64,000 bases of DNA from Candidatus Omnitrophota bacterium (lineage in GTDB: Bacteria; Omnitrophota; Gorgyraeia; Gygaellales; Profunditerraquicolaceae): assembly GCA_041653115.1 (NCBI GenBank), contig JBAZGA010000002.1:27243-91242 (forward strand), in the 5' to 3' direction. This document shows positions 1-9,824 of the stretch, piece after piece. The translations under genes were made by a program, and so were the position numbers. Each line of letters begins with the position of its first letter. Within the stretch, counting starts at the first letter, position 1. Under the pieces are notes generated by a model, which had not been told where the DNA came from, ran no database searches, and was given only the letters and a program-made list of their open reading frames with translations.

Positions 1-114
<114 letters not shown>

Positions 115-121
115 TTAATCC

Positions 122-195
122 TGGTTGCCCGGCATGGATTCGAACCATGACGCTCAGACCCAAATTCTGATGTGCTACCATTACACTACCGGGCA
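122..195 (-). tRNA. tRNA-Gln (anticodon TTG)
   Basis: Reverse complement folds as a cloverleaf: acceptor TGCCCGG/CCGGGCA, T-arm GGTTCGAATCC, anticodon stem TCAGA/TCTGA with loop ATTTGGG (anticodon UUG), discriminator A and encoded CCA. Confidence 0.8.
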
Positions 196-214
196 AAATA
201 TTTTATTATTCTAT

Positions 215-628
215 CTACCTGGCTTCAAAACGCCCGGAAATGCTGGGGCCCTTTACTTTTTCCTGCTCGTATGCCTCTAAAATCCTCTTTTGCAGATAAT
301 CCCGAAAGGACTGCGTAATCGGGTGGGCGATATCTTTTTGTTCAGACTGCATATTACCCGCGGCTTCCTGGCCGACAGGCGCGGGCACAAAAGGAAGCTG
401 TCCGCCGCATTGATTGCAGTATTTAGAGCGCGACTCATTCTTAAAATTACACTTCGGGCAGGGTTGCTTTATTTTTCTCGAAGGCATGGCGATAAACGTG
501 CCCTTGGTGCCCTCGATAACTTTTATATTCCTGACTACAAAGGCGTTATCAAAAGTTACGGTGACGTAGGCTTTTAATTTTTTATCCGGCGAATCCTTTA
601 AGAATACTCTGACCTCGGTTATTTCCAT
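215..628 (-). CDS. spoVG: SpoVG-family protein with an inserted CxxC...CxxC zinc ribbon
   Basis: N-terminus MEITEVRVF...VTVTFDNAFVVRNIKVIEG...FIAMPS and the later DIAHPI motif match SpoVG. A ~40-aa insert (PCPKCNFKNESRSKYCNQCGG...) lies between them. Strong GGAGGAGG SD. Confidence 0.8.
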   Translation of the reverse strand: MEITEVRVFLKDSPDKKLKAYVTVTFDNAFVVRNIKVIEGTKGTFIAMPSRKIKQPCPKCNFKNESRSKYCNQCGGQLPFVPAPVGQEAAGNMQSEQKDIAHPITQSFRDYLQKRILEAYEQEKVKGPSISGRFEAR

Positions 629-645
629 CCCTTACCTCCTCCAAC

Positions 646-1533
646 TTAACGCGTCCGGGTAACGAAAACCTCCAAAAATCGATTTTTCCGAAGACCTCTG
701 TAAAGGCGCACAGCCTCCTTTCTTGAAGAAACAATGCCAAAAATTGCCGGACCGCTGCCGGACATCAGGATTGATTTCAAGCCCAGGATTCTCAAGCTTT
801 CCTTTAAAATTACCACTTCAGAGTATAACTTAGCCGTAACCGGCTCTAAGCTATTGAACAAAGCCCTGCCGATGATAGAAAGAGCGTTTCTCCTTAAAGC
901 CGAAGTTAATATTTTAACATCATATTTTGGCCTTGTCAACTGGGCTTTACGGCTATTTTTCAGCCTGTCCCAGGCTTTATACACCTTAGCCGTGGAAACA
1001 TTTAACTTGGGTACAACTAAAATATGCCACAACCGCACGTGCTTTAAGCTATTTTCCGGCCTGATACGTTCGCCCCGGCTTTCACCCAGCGCAAAAGGGC
1101 AATTATAAATAAAAAAGGGGACGTCGCTGCCTAATTCCTGCGCTAATTCCACTAATTTCTGCCGAGTGAGATTCAGTTTCCAAAGCCGGTTTAGCCCGAC
1201 CAGCACAGTTGCCGCGTTACTTGAGCCGCCGGCCAGGCCGCTGGCCAAGGGAATACGCTTGATTATTTTTATATCTACGCCTTTGTTAATCCGAAGCGTA
1301 TTCTGCAATAAGCGGGCAGCGCGGCTGGCGATATTCGTATTATCCCTGGGCACAAGAGGCGAGCTGCAAATAATTCTTATTGCTTTATCCTTGCGGGATT
1401 TGAGGACTATCTGGTCATGCAGGCTGATTCTTTCGAAAAGAGTCTTGATGTTGTGGTAACCGTCTTTGCGCTTATTTAAAACTTCCAGGTAGAGGTTTAA
1501 CTTGGCGTGGGAATCGAGGGCGAGCTTATCCAC
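646..1533 (-). CDS. ispE: 4-diphosphocytidyl-2-C-methyl-D-erythritol kinase (IspE)
   Basis: GHMP kinase motifs (PLASGLAGGSSNAAT) and an IspE-like N-terminus (AKLNLYLEV...R.DGYH). Confidence 0.85.
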   Translation of the reverse strand: MDKLALDSHAKLNLYLEVLNKRKDGYHNIKTLFERISLHDQIVLKSRKDKAIRIICSSPLVPRDNTNIASRAARLLQNTLRINKGVDIKIIKRIPLASGLAGGSSNAATVLVGLNRLWKLNLTRQKLVELAQELGSDVPFFIYNCPFALGESRGERIRPENSLKHVRLWHILVVPKLNVSTAKVYKAWDRLKNSRKAQLTRPKYDVKILTSALRRNALSIIGRALFNSLEPVTAKLYSEVVILKESLRILGLKSILMSGSGPAIFGIVSSRKEAVRLYRGLRKNRFLEVFVTRTR

Positions 1534-1545
1534 CGCTAAAGGGCT

Positions 1546-2475
1546 TTATCGGGTAATGCTTAAGACCGCTTTTTCTATATCCTTGGCCTCAAGGCTGTAT
1601 TCCTTCATCAGTTCGGCAGGCTCTCCGGACTGGCCGAACCTGTTCCTGATGCCTAAGCGCGTTATCCTGACCGGGCAATGCTCTGCTACTACTTCATCGA
1701 TGCTCGATGCCAGGCCTCCGATAACCGCGTGCTCCTCACAGACTACCATCCGGCCGGTATCGCGAGCGGCCTGAATAATCGTATCGGTATCCAGGGATTT
1801 AATCGTATGCACATTAATCACGCGCGCCTTGATGTTTTTAGAGAGGAGATTTTTTGCGGCCAAGAGCGCTGCCTCAACCATAATCCCGCAGGCGATAATC
1901 GAGGCGTCTTTGCCTTCAGTAAGCACCTGGGCTTTACCCAGCCTGAACTCGCCCTTATTTTCTATAGTAGGCACTTTCGGCCTTCCTAAACGCACATAGA
2001 AAGGCCCCGGGGTATTTGCGCAGGCAAGCACGGCTTCGCGCGTCTGGGGGCCGTCACAGGGGACGACGACTCTCATATTGGGGATTATCCGCATCAGCGC
2101 GATATCTTCCAGCGCCTGATGGCTTGCTCCGTCAGGGCCGACAGTCAGCCCGGCATGAGTAGCTACGATTTTGATATTGAAATTATTATAACTAACGCTG
2201 TTTCTGACCTGGTCCCAGGCCCTGCCCGTAGCGAATATGGCGAAGGTCGAGACGAATACGGTTTTGCCGCAGCTGGCAAACCCGGCGGCTGTCGCCATCA
2301 TGTTCTGCTCGGCTACTCCGAAGTTGAAAAATCTTTCGGGAAACTCTTTGGCGAATAAAGCCGTGCGCGTAGAGCCGGAGAGGTCCGCGTCCAGAACAAT
2401 AATATCCTTATTCTGTTTGCCTAATTCTATTAATGTCTGGCCGTATATGTCGCGCTGATACAACATCTCGCTCAT
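1546..2475 (-). CDS. transketolase, C-terminal (pyrimidine-binding) subunit
   Basis: 309 aa with transketolase Pyr and C-terminal domains; typical split-tkt arrangement downstream of the N-terminal subunit. Confidence 0.85.
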   Translation of the reverse strand: MSEMLYQRDIYGQTLIELGKQNKDIIVLDADLSGSTRTALFAKEFPERFFNFGVAEQNMMATAAGFASCGKTVFVSTFAIFATGRAWDQVRNSVSYNNFNIKIVATHAGLTVGPDGASHQALEDIALMRIIPNMRVVVPCDGPQTREAVLACANTPGPFYVRLGRPKVPTIENKGEFRLGKAQVLTEGKDASIIACGIMVEAALLAAKNLLSKNIKARVINVHTIKSLDTDTIIQAARDTGRMVVCEEHAVIGGLASSIDEVVAEHCPVRITRLGIRNRFGQSGEPAELMKEYSLEAKDIEKAVLSITR

Positions 2476-3293
2476 TCCAGTTCCCTTAATGCCTTTTCCG
2501 CCTCTTCCTTTGTCGGCGCGCGGCCGTGGAAATCGCAGACGTTCTCCATAAAAGAGACGCCTTTTCCTTTAACGGTATGGGCGATAATAATCACGGGTTT
2601 TTTCTTTACCGTCTTCGCTTCTGCATAGGCAGAAATGATCTGCTTTATATCGTGCCCGTCTATTTCAATGACATGCCAGCCAAACGCCTGCCATTTGGCA
2701 ACAACCGGCTCAAGCTCCATAATATCGCAGGTTTTGCCGTCAATCTGAAAACCGTTATAATCCAATATCGCGCAGAGATTGTCGCATTGATAGTGGCTGG
2801 CGGCCATGGCCGCTTCCCAGATGTTGCCTTCCTGGGTTTCGCCGTCGCCCAAAAGGACATAGACGCGGTAATCCTTCTTATCCAGCCGGGCGCTCAAGCT
2901 CATCCCCAAGGCAACGGATAAACCCTGCCCTAATGAGCCGGACGCCACATCTACGCCGGGAGTGCGGCGGTCAGGATGCCCCTGCAACAAGGAACCTAAC
3001 TGCCTGAGAGTCAAAAGCTTTTCTTTCGGAAAATAACCCGATTCCGCCAACACCGCATACCATAGAGGACAACAGTGCCCCTTGGACATATGGAACCTGT
3101 CGCGCTCCGGCCAATGCGGATTTTTCGGGTCATGCCGCAAGACGCTAAAATACAAAACCGTAATTAAATCTGTTGAGGAAAGGCTGCCGCCGGGATGGCC
3201 TGAGCCGGCCTTGGCGAGCATTTGAATGATTAACCTGCGGATCTCTTTCGCCCTGGCTTCCAATTCTCTAACCTGGTTATCGGAGTCTTTCAT
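2472..3293 (-). CDS. transketolase, N-terminal (TPP-binding) subunit
   Basis: 273 aa with TPP-binding motifs (GHPGGSLS, GDGETQEG); overlaps the downstream subunit by 4 nt. Confidence 0.85.
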   Translation of the reverse strand: MKDSDNQVRELEARAKEIRRLIIQMLAKAGSGHPGGSLSSTDLITVLYFSVLRHDPKNPHWPERDRFHMSKGHCCPLWYAVLAESGYFPKEKLLTLRQLGSLLQGHPDRRTPGVDVASGSLGQGLSVALGMSLSARLDKKDYRVYVLLGDGETQEGNIWEAAMAASHYQCDNLCAILDYNGFQIDGKTCDIMELEPVVAKWQAFGWHVIEIDGHDIKQIISAYAEAKTVKKKPVIIIAHTVKGKGVSFMENVCDFHGRAPTKEEAEKALRELE

Positions 3294-3303
3294 ATATAAT
3301 AAG

Positions 3304-4272
3304 CTATTTTATTTTTTCCAGCTTCTTCCTCAGCTGCTCCTGGCCCGGATTTAATTCTAAAGATTTTTGCCAATTTAATTTCGCTTTCTCGCTATCGCCT
3401 GTCTTGAAATAAACCTCTCCTAAATGTTCGTAAATCACCGGGTCGTCTAACAAGGCGGATGCCTTTTCTAATTGCGCCCCCGCCTCTTTGTATTTGGCGC
3501 GCCTGAAATACAACCAGCCCAAACTGTCGATGTAAGCGGCGTTATCCGGCTCTATCTCCAGGGCCTTTTTAATCATCGTCTCGGCCTGTTCTAAATTCCT
3601 GTTTTCTTCAACATAGGTATACCCCAGATAATTCAGCGCCTCGGCATAATCGGGCTTTAATTCTATGGCCTGTTTCAATTCTTTTTCTCCCAGGGCCTGA
3701 TTCCCCAGCTGATAATAAATATTACCCAGGAAAAAATGCGCTTCGCTATCGGAAGGCGATAAATCGAGGATTAAACGGTAAATCTTTTCTGCGGCTTCCA
3801 GCTTTTTCTGCCTCAGGTAGATTAACCCCAGGCTTTTATAAATATCTATATTCCGGGGTTCCAGTTTCGAGGCGTTCTTCAGCGCGGTTTCGTATTCGGC
3901 GGTTGCCGGCTCTTCTTTATTCTGCAAGGAATACAAAAGCGCCAGGATTGCGTGCGGCTCTACTGCTTCCGGGTCAAAGCTTGCGGCGAGGTTTAATTCG
4001 CCGACGGCTTCGTCAAGCTTGTTGCTCTTTATATAACTGGCGGCTAAATTCAAGTGGATGGTGGAATTCTTATAATCCAGCCTCAAAGCCCTTTTATATT
4101 CCGCGATTGCCTTATCGGGATTACCGAGCCGGTCATGCATCAGGGCCATAATATAGTGGCTTAAAGCAGAGGAGGCTTTTTTATCTAAAGCAAAAGCTTC
4201 GGTATTGATTAAGAGGGATATTAAAAGGCAAAAAAATACTCTCCCTCCCCATTTTTTAACCTTAGAAGTCAT
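3304..4272 (-). CDS. secreted tetratricopeptide (TPR) repeat protein
   Basis: N-terminal signal peptide, then multiple TPR units (repeated A..Y..LG..Y patterns). Confidence 0.7.
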   Translation of the reverse strand: MTSKVKKWGGRVFFCLLISLLINTEAFALDKKASSALSHYIMALMHDRLGNPDKAIAEYKRALRLDYKNSTIHLNLAASYIKSNKLDEAVGELNLAASFDPEAVEPHAILALLYSLQNKEEPATAEYETALKNASKLEPRNIDIYKSLGLIYLRQKKLEAAEKIYRLILDLSPSDSEAHFFLGNIYYQLGNQALGEKELKQAIELKPDYAEALNYLGYTYVEENRNLEQAETMIKKALEIEPDNAAYIDSLGWLYFRRAKYKEAGAQLEKASALLDDPVIYEHLGEVYFKTGDSEKAKLNWQKSLELNPGQEQLRKKLEKIK

Positions 4273-4401
4273 TTAATCCGAATGATTAACCCCAGGCTCT
4301 CTTCTTCAGATGGCGGAGGCGACGGCGCATCTTCTTTCTTTTATGCGTCCTGATTTTTTGTCTTTTTCTTTTCCTGCCGCAAGGCATTGGCTTCGCTCCT
4401 T

Positions 4402-5280
4402 CTAATAAATAACTTTATTCAACGGATACTCGATAATCCCCTCGGCACCGGCTTTCTTGAGCGCCGGGATTAATATGCGCACTATCTTCTCGTCGATGAT
4501 GGTCTCAAGGGCAAGCCATCCCTCTGCGGAAAGGCTGGAGATGGTGGGCTTTTTCAAGGCCGGCAGAAGCGCAATGACCTTTTTTAAGTCGGCTTTTTTC
4601 AGGTTCATTTTCAGGCCTACTTTTTCTTCCGCGGCGATGGCGCCCTTCAATAAACAGGCGATTTGCTCCATTTTATTTCTTTTCCAGGCATCCTTCCAGC
4701 TCTTACGATTAGCGATAAATCTAGTAGTGGATTCGCAAACCGTGGCGATCTCCTTAAGCTTGTGCGCCTTCAGGCTCCTGCCGGTTTCGGTAAGCTCTAC
4801 TATCGCCTCGACTAAGCCTTGCGCGACTTTCGCTTCGGTAGCCCCCCAGCTGAATTCAATGCGCGCCGTGATTTTATTTTTCTTCAAGAATTTTTTCGTC
4901 ACATTGACGAGTTCGGTGGCAACCTGCTTGCCTTTCAAGTCTCCGATGCTTTTTATCCCCGAATCCTTCGGCACGGCAACCACCCAGCGCACCGGCCTTA
5001 AAGACTGTTTGGCATAAATTAATTCTTCGACCCTGACTACCCTGGCGTTATTCTCCTGAATCCAGTCCTCGCCGGTGATGCCGCAGTCCAAATCCGTCTC
5101 CACATAACGGGGCATCTCCTGCGCCCGTAAAAGCACCGGCTCGATTTCCGGGTCATCAATAGAAGGAAAATAAGAGCGTTCGGAAACCGAGATATTAAAC
5201 CCCGCCTTGTTAAACATCTTAAAGGTCGCTTCCTGGAGGCTCCCCTTTGGTAAACCTAATTTTAACACCTTATTTGCCAT
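4402..5280 (-). CDS. hisG: ATP phosphoribosyltransferase, long form (HisG)
   Basis: N-terminus KLGLPKGSL and 292 aa length indicate HisG with the C-terminal regulatory domain. Confidence 0.8.
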   Translation of the reverse strand: MANKVLKLGLPKGSLQEATFKMFNKAGFNISVSERSYFPSIDDPEIEPVLLRAQEMPRYVETDLDCGITGEDWIQENNARVVRVEELIYAKQSLRPVRWVVAVPKDSGIKSIGDLKGKQVATELVNVTKKFLKKNKITARIEFSWGATEAKVAQGLVEAIVELTETGRSLKAHKLKEIATVCESTTRFIANRKSWKDAWKRNKMEQIACLLKGAIAAEEKVGLKMNLKKADLKKVIALLPALKKPTISSLSAEGWLALETIIDEKIVRILIPALKKAGAEGIIEYPLNKVIY

Positions 5281-5412
5281 TGCGCGTAATCCTTTTTGTC
5301 TCTTGTTTTAATTTTTGGCGGGAATATACCTTTTTGCTCTTTTTTACCCGCGTGGCGGGATTAATCACCCAGACTTTCCTGATCTTGATGGGCTTATCTC
5401 GCACGGCCTCTA

Positions 5413-5441
5413 ATTATAGCGGGTTAATCATATTTTGTAAA
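5413..5441 (-). promoter_or_regulatory. sigma70-type promoter for hisG (-35 TTTACA, 17 nt, -10 TATAAT)
   Basis: Reverse strand reads TTTACA-aaatatgattaacccgc-TATAAT, about 130 nt upstream of the hisG ATG. Confidence 0.45.
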
Positions 5442-5560
5442 GCGATTTTTCATTATCCTGGCTCCAATTTAGGGGGTGGCTTGGGTGTTTTTGAGCCGCG
5501 TGATGCGGCGAGAAAATACCCAAGACAGGACCCGCTAAATTGAATCTAAAATATTTCTCA

Positions 5561-5588
5561 TTGCAATATCCCTAATTCTGATTATAAT
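5561..5588 (+). promoter_or_regulatory. sigma70-type promoter for the ppiD-like gene (-35 TTGCAA, 16 nt, -10 TATAAT)
   Basis: TTGCAAtatccctaattctgatTATAAT, followed by AAGGGAG SD and ATG at 5620. Confidence 0.45.
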
Positions 5589-5619
5589 TATAATCAATTT
5601 ACCGGAAGGGAGATTAAAA

Positions 5620-7059
5620 ATGCTGAAAGCCTTGCGTCATAAGAAAACGAGAAAAAGAATCCTGATTATCCTGGCGGCGGTGATTGTGCCGGCTTTTACC
5701 TTCTGGGGCTTTAGCGGCGCCCTGCGCAGCCAGCAGCAGTCCCGCTGGGCAGGTAAAATCTCCGGCAAGAGAATACCTTTATCGGACTATCAGGATGCGC
5801 TCTCCGCCGAAAGAAACCTGGCGATTATTCAATACGGCGAAAATTTTACGGAAATAGAAAAACTGCTTAACCTTGATGCCGCGGCATGGGAAAGGCTAAT
5901 CCTGCTTTCCGAAGCGAGAAAGCGCAAAATTAGCGTTACCGACAAAGAAGTAATAGACTATGTTGAGCAGTACCCTTTTTTTCAGCGTAACGGCCGCTTT
6001 GACAATAGCCTGTATTCCCAGATGCTGCAATATGTATTCCGTACCCAGCCCCGCCAGTTTGAAGAGCAAACCCGCCAGAACCTCTTCTTATCCAAACTCT
6101 ACCAGGAACTCACCCGTAACCTAAAGCCGCCTGACGATAAAGAACTCAATGAAGAATACATTAAACTTAACGAAGAGGTAAGTCTGTATTATATATACGC
6201 TAACCCCCTGGATTTCGCAAAAGAATTATCCATTGACGATACAGAAATCAAGGATTATTTCCTGAAAAACAGCATCCGCTTCAAACAGCCCCTTTCTTTC
6301 AATATAGAATATGTGTCCTTAAGCCCCGATGACAAAGGTAAAGAAAATATAAATGAAGCGGTAAAGAAATTGTTTTTGCGCTTAAAAAAGGGGGAAGATT
6401 TCGCAAAAGCCGCGCAAGATTTTAACCTTACCCTAAAGCAAACCGGTTTGTTCGGCGAAAGCGACCCTATCCCCGGGATTGGCTGGTCGCCGCAGATTAA
6501 AGAATTAATCGCCCGGGCAGATATCGGCGAATACCTCAACCCTTTGCAAATAGACAAAACTTATTACATCTTAAAAGTTACCGAGAAAAAAGAACCCTAT
6601 ATACCTGATTTTGAAACGATAAAAGATAAGGTAAGGGAGGGCGTCATCGAGGAGCGGTCCCGTAACCTGGCTGAAGAAAAGATGAAAAGCTGCCTGAAGG
6701 AACTCCGGGAACTATACCGGACTAACCCCAGGTCGCTGAATTTCGAATCAATCGCAAAAAACCGGGGATTAAAAACCGGCTCTACGGATATGTTTAAATA
6801 CGGCAGCTATATAGAAGGGATTGGCGCATCGGATAACTTCTGGACAACTGCCCGGAACTTAAAAAAAGGAGAGCATAGCGGGATCATCACCGCGCCTTCC
6901 GGATTTTATATTATCCGGCTGAAGTCGCGTACGCCTATAGATGAAAAGAAATTTGCCGCGGAAAAAGACGGGTTTGCCCAGCTATTGTTATTGCAGAAAA
7001 AACAGGAGTATTTTACCAAGTTTACCGAGGAACTAAAAAGAAAAGCGCAAAGGTTTTAA
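5620..7059 (+). CDS. membrane-anchored periplasmic chaperone / parvulin-type PPIase (PpiD/SurA-like)
   Basis: N-terminal transmembrane helix, SurA-N-like helical region, and a parvulin-like segment near the C-terminus. Confidence 0.65.
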   Translation: MLKALRHKKTRKRILIILAAVIVPAFTFWGFSGALRSQQQSRWAGKISGKRIPLSDYQDALSAERNLAIIQYGENFTEIEKLLNLDAAAWERLILLSEARKRKISVTDKEVIDYVEQYPFFQRNGRFDNSLYSQMLQYVFRTQPRQFEEQTRQNLFLSKLYQELTRNLKPPDDKELNEEYIKLNEEVSLYYIYANPLDFAKELSIDDTEIKDYFLKNSIRFKQPLSFNIEYVSLSPDDKGKENINEAVKKLFLRLKKGEDFAKAAQDFNLTLKQTGLFGESDPIPGIGWSPQIKELIARADIGEYLNPLQIDKTYYILKVTEKKEPYIPDFETIKDKVREGVIEERSRNLAEEKMKSCLKELRELYRTNPRSLNFESIAKNRGLKTGSTDMFKYGSYIEGIGASDNFWTTARNLKKGEHSGIITAPSGFYIIRLKSRTPIDEKKFAAEKDGFAQLLLLQKKQEYFTKFTEELKRKAQRF

Positions 7060-7061
7060 AA

Positions 7062-7244
7062 TCAGCTGACTTTAATCGAATTGACCGGGCACTGCTCCGC
7101 TATCTCATTGAGATTATGCGTAGCGCAGGCCTGGGCCTTGACATGGGCAATGCCATCGCCCTGCACCTCGAATACTTCGGGGCAGGATTGCTCGCATAAA
7201 CCGCAACCCACGCACGTAGAAGCATCCACGCTTACCTTAGCCAT
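7062..7244 (-). CDS. ferredoxin, single [4Fe-4S]/[3Fe-4S] cluster type
   Basis: 60 aa with CVGCGLCEQSCP plus a distal CP motif, typical of small Desulfovibrio/Thermotoga-type ferredoxins. Confidence 0.8.
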   Translation of the reverse strand: MAKVSVDASTCVGCGLCEQSCPEVFEVQGDGIAHVKAQACATHNLNEIAEQCPVNSIKVS

Positions 7245-7271
7245 TTCTTCCTCCCGAAAGTTGAAAGAGTT

Positions 7272-7751
7272 TTACCGCTCCATCAGGTTCTCGAACATCT
7301 CTTCGTGCGTTACCTCTTCCGACAATATATGCGTAATCAGCTGATAGGTAACGTTATCCTTGCCCAGTGTTTTTTTGGCAATTTTATTATAGACCTCGAT
7401 TGCCGCTGCCTCGGCTTCCGTAACGATGCGGATTATCCGGTTGATATCGGCGACATTCTTAGGCGGCATCAAATAAGGCTGATTGGCGTTTTTCTCCAAG
7501 TCCATCGGATCGGCAATAGGTAAACCTCCCAATTTAGTGATTAAATCGGCTAATTCACCTGCGTGCTCCAATTCATCCTTGGCGATTTTATTTAGAAACT
7601 CGGAGATATCCTCATAGAATTTTCCGGAAACGGTCTGCGCCATATACCAGTAAAGATAAAACGCCAGCCACTCATCCGCATAGGCCTTATTTAAATCGTG
7701 CACCAGCTCCTTCAAGCTTAAATCCACAATTGCCCTTGCTTGTTTTCCCAT
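7272..7751 (-). CDS. ferritin-like di-iron protein (bacterioferritin / Dps-like family)
   Basis: 159 aa four-helix-bundle length with ExxH-type motifs (DELEHAGE, SEEVTHEEMFE) spaced as in ferritin-like proteins. Confidence 0.6.
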   Translation of the reverse strand: MGKQARAIVDLSLKELVHDLNKAYADEWLAFYLYWYMAQTVSGKFYEDISEFLNKIAKDELEHAGELADLITKLGGLPIADPMDLEKNANQPYLMPPKNVADINRIIRIVTEAEAAAIEVYNKIAKKTLGKDNVTYQLITHILSEEVTHEEMFENLMER

Positions 7752-7762
7752 ATCCCCCTCCT

Positions 7763-8650
7763 TTAGTTACCTGATTGGGCTTCCTGCCTCAGGTTATATT
7801 TCCTGATATTATTATCAGCGATCTCCTGAACCTGCTTAATCGCCTCGGGGTTATTCAACAGATGCTTGAAGCGACCTTGAGCCTTGAGGTATTCTTCTAC
7901 CGGCTTAGGCGCAATTTGCCGGCGGCCAACCAGCGCTCCGGCCTCATACTCAAACAAAGGATAAAGCCCGGTCTCTACCGCCAATTTTGCTACCCCAAGA
8001 GTCGCCGTGCTTTCATGGCGCCAGCCTAAAGGGCAGGGCACATGGATTTGCATATATTTCGGGCCCTTAAGCGCGAGCGCTTTTTTTACTTTGCGCTGCA
8101 AATCCTGCGGGAATCCCGCCGAAGCTGTCGCCACATAAGGTATGCCGTGCGCTACGGCAATTTCCGGCATTGGTTTTTTCGGACGAAGGTTCCCGAAAGA
8201 CTCGGCGCCTGCCGGACTGGTCGTGGTATTCGTGCTGAAAGGAGTCAAGCCGCTTCTTTGCACGCCGGTATTCATATAAGCCTCATTATCGTAGCAGACG
8301 TAAAGTATGTCGTGGCCCCTTTCCAGCATCCCGGATAATGCCTGCAGCCCGATATCGGCTGTGCCGCCGTCGCCTCCCTGGGCAATCACGTTAATCTTAT
8401 CTTTCTTACCTAAATAAATCAAAGCGCTTTCAATGCCGGAAGCTACTGCCGCGGCATTCTCAAACAAAGAATGAATCCAGGGTACGCCCCAGGCGCTTTC
8501 CGGGTATCTGGTAGAAAAAACCTCCAGGCAGCCGGTGTTGTTGGCGATAATCGTATTGGGACCGGCCGCCTCGATTACCAGGCGCGCAGCCAGCGACTGG
8601 CCGCAGCCGGCGCAGGCAGTATGCCCGGGTAAAAATAAATCCCTACTCAT
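7763..8650 (-). CDS. porB: pyruvate:ferredoxin oxidoreductase beta subunit (TPP-binding)
   Basis: N-terminal CAGCGQS cysteine motif plus a TPP-binding GDGG..DIG motif. Confidence 0.85.
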   Translation of the reverse strand: MSRDLFLPGHTACAGCGQSLAARLVIEAAGPNTIIANNTGCLEVFSTRYPESAWGVPWIHSLFENAAAVASGIESALIYLGKKDKINVIAQGGDGGTADIGLQALSGMLERGHDILYVCYDNEAYMNTGVQRSGLTPFSTNTTTSPAGAESFGNLRPKKPMPEIAVAHGIPYVATASAGFPQDLQRKVKKALALKGPKYMQIHVPCPLGWRHESTATLGVAKLAVETGLYPLFEYEAGALVGRRQIAPKPVEEYLKAQGRFKHLLNNPEAIKQVQEIADNNIRKYNLRQEAQSGN

Positions 8651-9824
8651 AATTCTCCTTTAAAAGCTCCGGCTTCAAATCAATAAACTCGCGCTGCCTT
8701 TCCTTGGCGGTAAGCAGGCGGAAGATCTCTTTTACCGAATCCCTGGTGATATCGCGGCCGCCTAATCCTGCTACGAAACTGCTGATTACCGCGGGTGTTT
8801 TCTTTTTACCGAAAAATACCGCCTTGATTTCCGCTGCCAGGGGCGCAAAAGACCCCAGGGATAGCGCCTTATCCAGGACCGCTACTTTGGGTATACCCTT
8901 TAGGGCGGCGTAAATCTCCTGAGCGGGAAAGGGGCGATAAGCTACAACCTTTAATAAGCCTACCTTCTTTCCTTTCTGCCTTAATTCATCAACTACTTCC
9001 TTGATTGTGCCGCAGACCGAACCCATAGCCACGATTACCCGCTCGGCATCCTTAGTGCGGTATTCCTCAATCAAGCCGTGATAAGTCCTGCCAAAGACCC
9101 TGGAGAATTCCGCAGTAATCTTGGGCAGTAACACCAGCGCTTCTTTTAAAGTCTCTTCAATGGCATAACGCGTCTCCATATAATAATCCGGGTCAGCCAG
9201 AGGCCCTATGGTCAAGGGACTGTCAGGGTCAAGCTTATATAAAGGTTTATAAGCAGGCAAAAATTTATCTACCTGCTCCTGGGAAGGTATCTCTACTGTT
9301 TCTATGCCATGGGTAAGGATAAAACCGTCCATACAGACCATTACCGGAAGCATCATACTTTTATCTTCGCCCAATCTATATGCGATAAGGTGGAGATCGA
9401 CGCTCTCCTGGATATCTTCGGCATAAAGCTGAATCCATCCGCTGTCTCTCAGCGAGATTGAATCCTGCTGGTCGTTCCAGATATTTATCGGCGCGGACAA
9501 GGCGCGGTTGGCGCAGGTTAAAACTAGGGGAAGCCTCAGACCGGCAATATTAAAAAGCACTTCCGACATATAAATCAACCCTTGCGAACTGGTAGCGGTA
9601 TAAGTGCGTACGCCGGTCGCCTCAGCGCCTAAAACTACCGAAGCGGCGGAATGTTCGGATTCCACATTCACGAATTGCGCATTTAAATGTCTGTCGGCAA
9701 CCATCTGGGCTAATTCTTCTACGATGTGCGTCTGCGGCGTAATCGGATAGGCGGAAACCACGCCTGGCTTACACAACTTTACGATTTCGGCTACAGCGCG
9801 CGAACCCTCTAAAAACTGCTTCAT
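8643..9824 (-). CDS. porA: pyruvate:ferredoxin oxidoreductase alpha subunit
   Basis: 393 aa PFOR alpha-like domains; overlaps porB by 8 nt. Confidence 0.85.
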   Translation of the reverse strand: MKQFLEGSRAVAEIVKLCKPGVVSAYPITPQTHIVEELAQMVADRHLNAQFVNVESEHSAASVVLGAEATGVRTYTATSSQGLIYMSEVLFNIAGLRLPLVLTCANRALSAPINIWNDQQDSISLRDSGWIQLYAEDIQESVDLHLIAYRLGEDKSMMLPVMVCMDGFILTHGIETVEIPSQEQVDKFLPAYKPLYKLDPDSPLTIGPLADPDYYMETRYAIEETLKEALVLLPKITAEFSRVFGRTYHGLIEEYRTKDAERVIVAMGSVCGTIKEVVDELRQKGKKVGLLKVVAYRPFPAQEIYAALKGIPKVAVLDKALSLGSFAPLAAEIKAVFFGKKKTPAVISSFVAGLGGRDITRDSVKEIFRLLTAKERQREFIDLKPELLKENYE

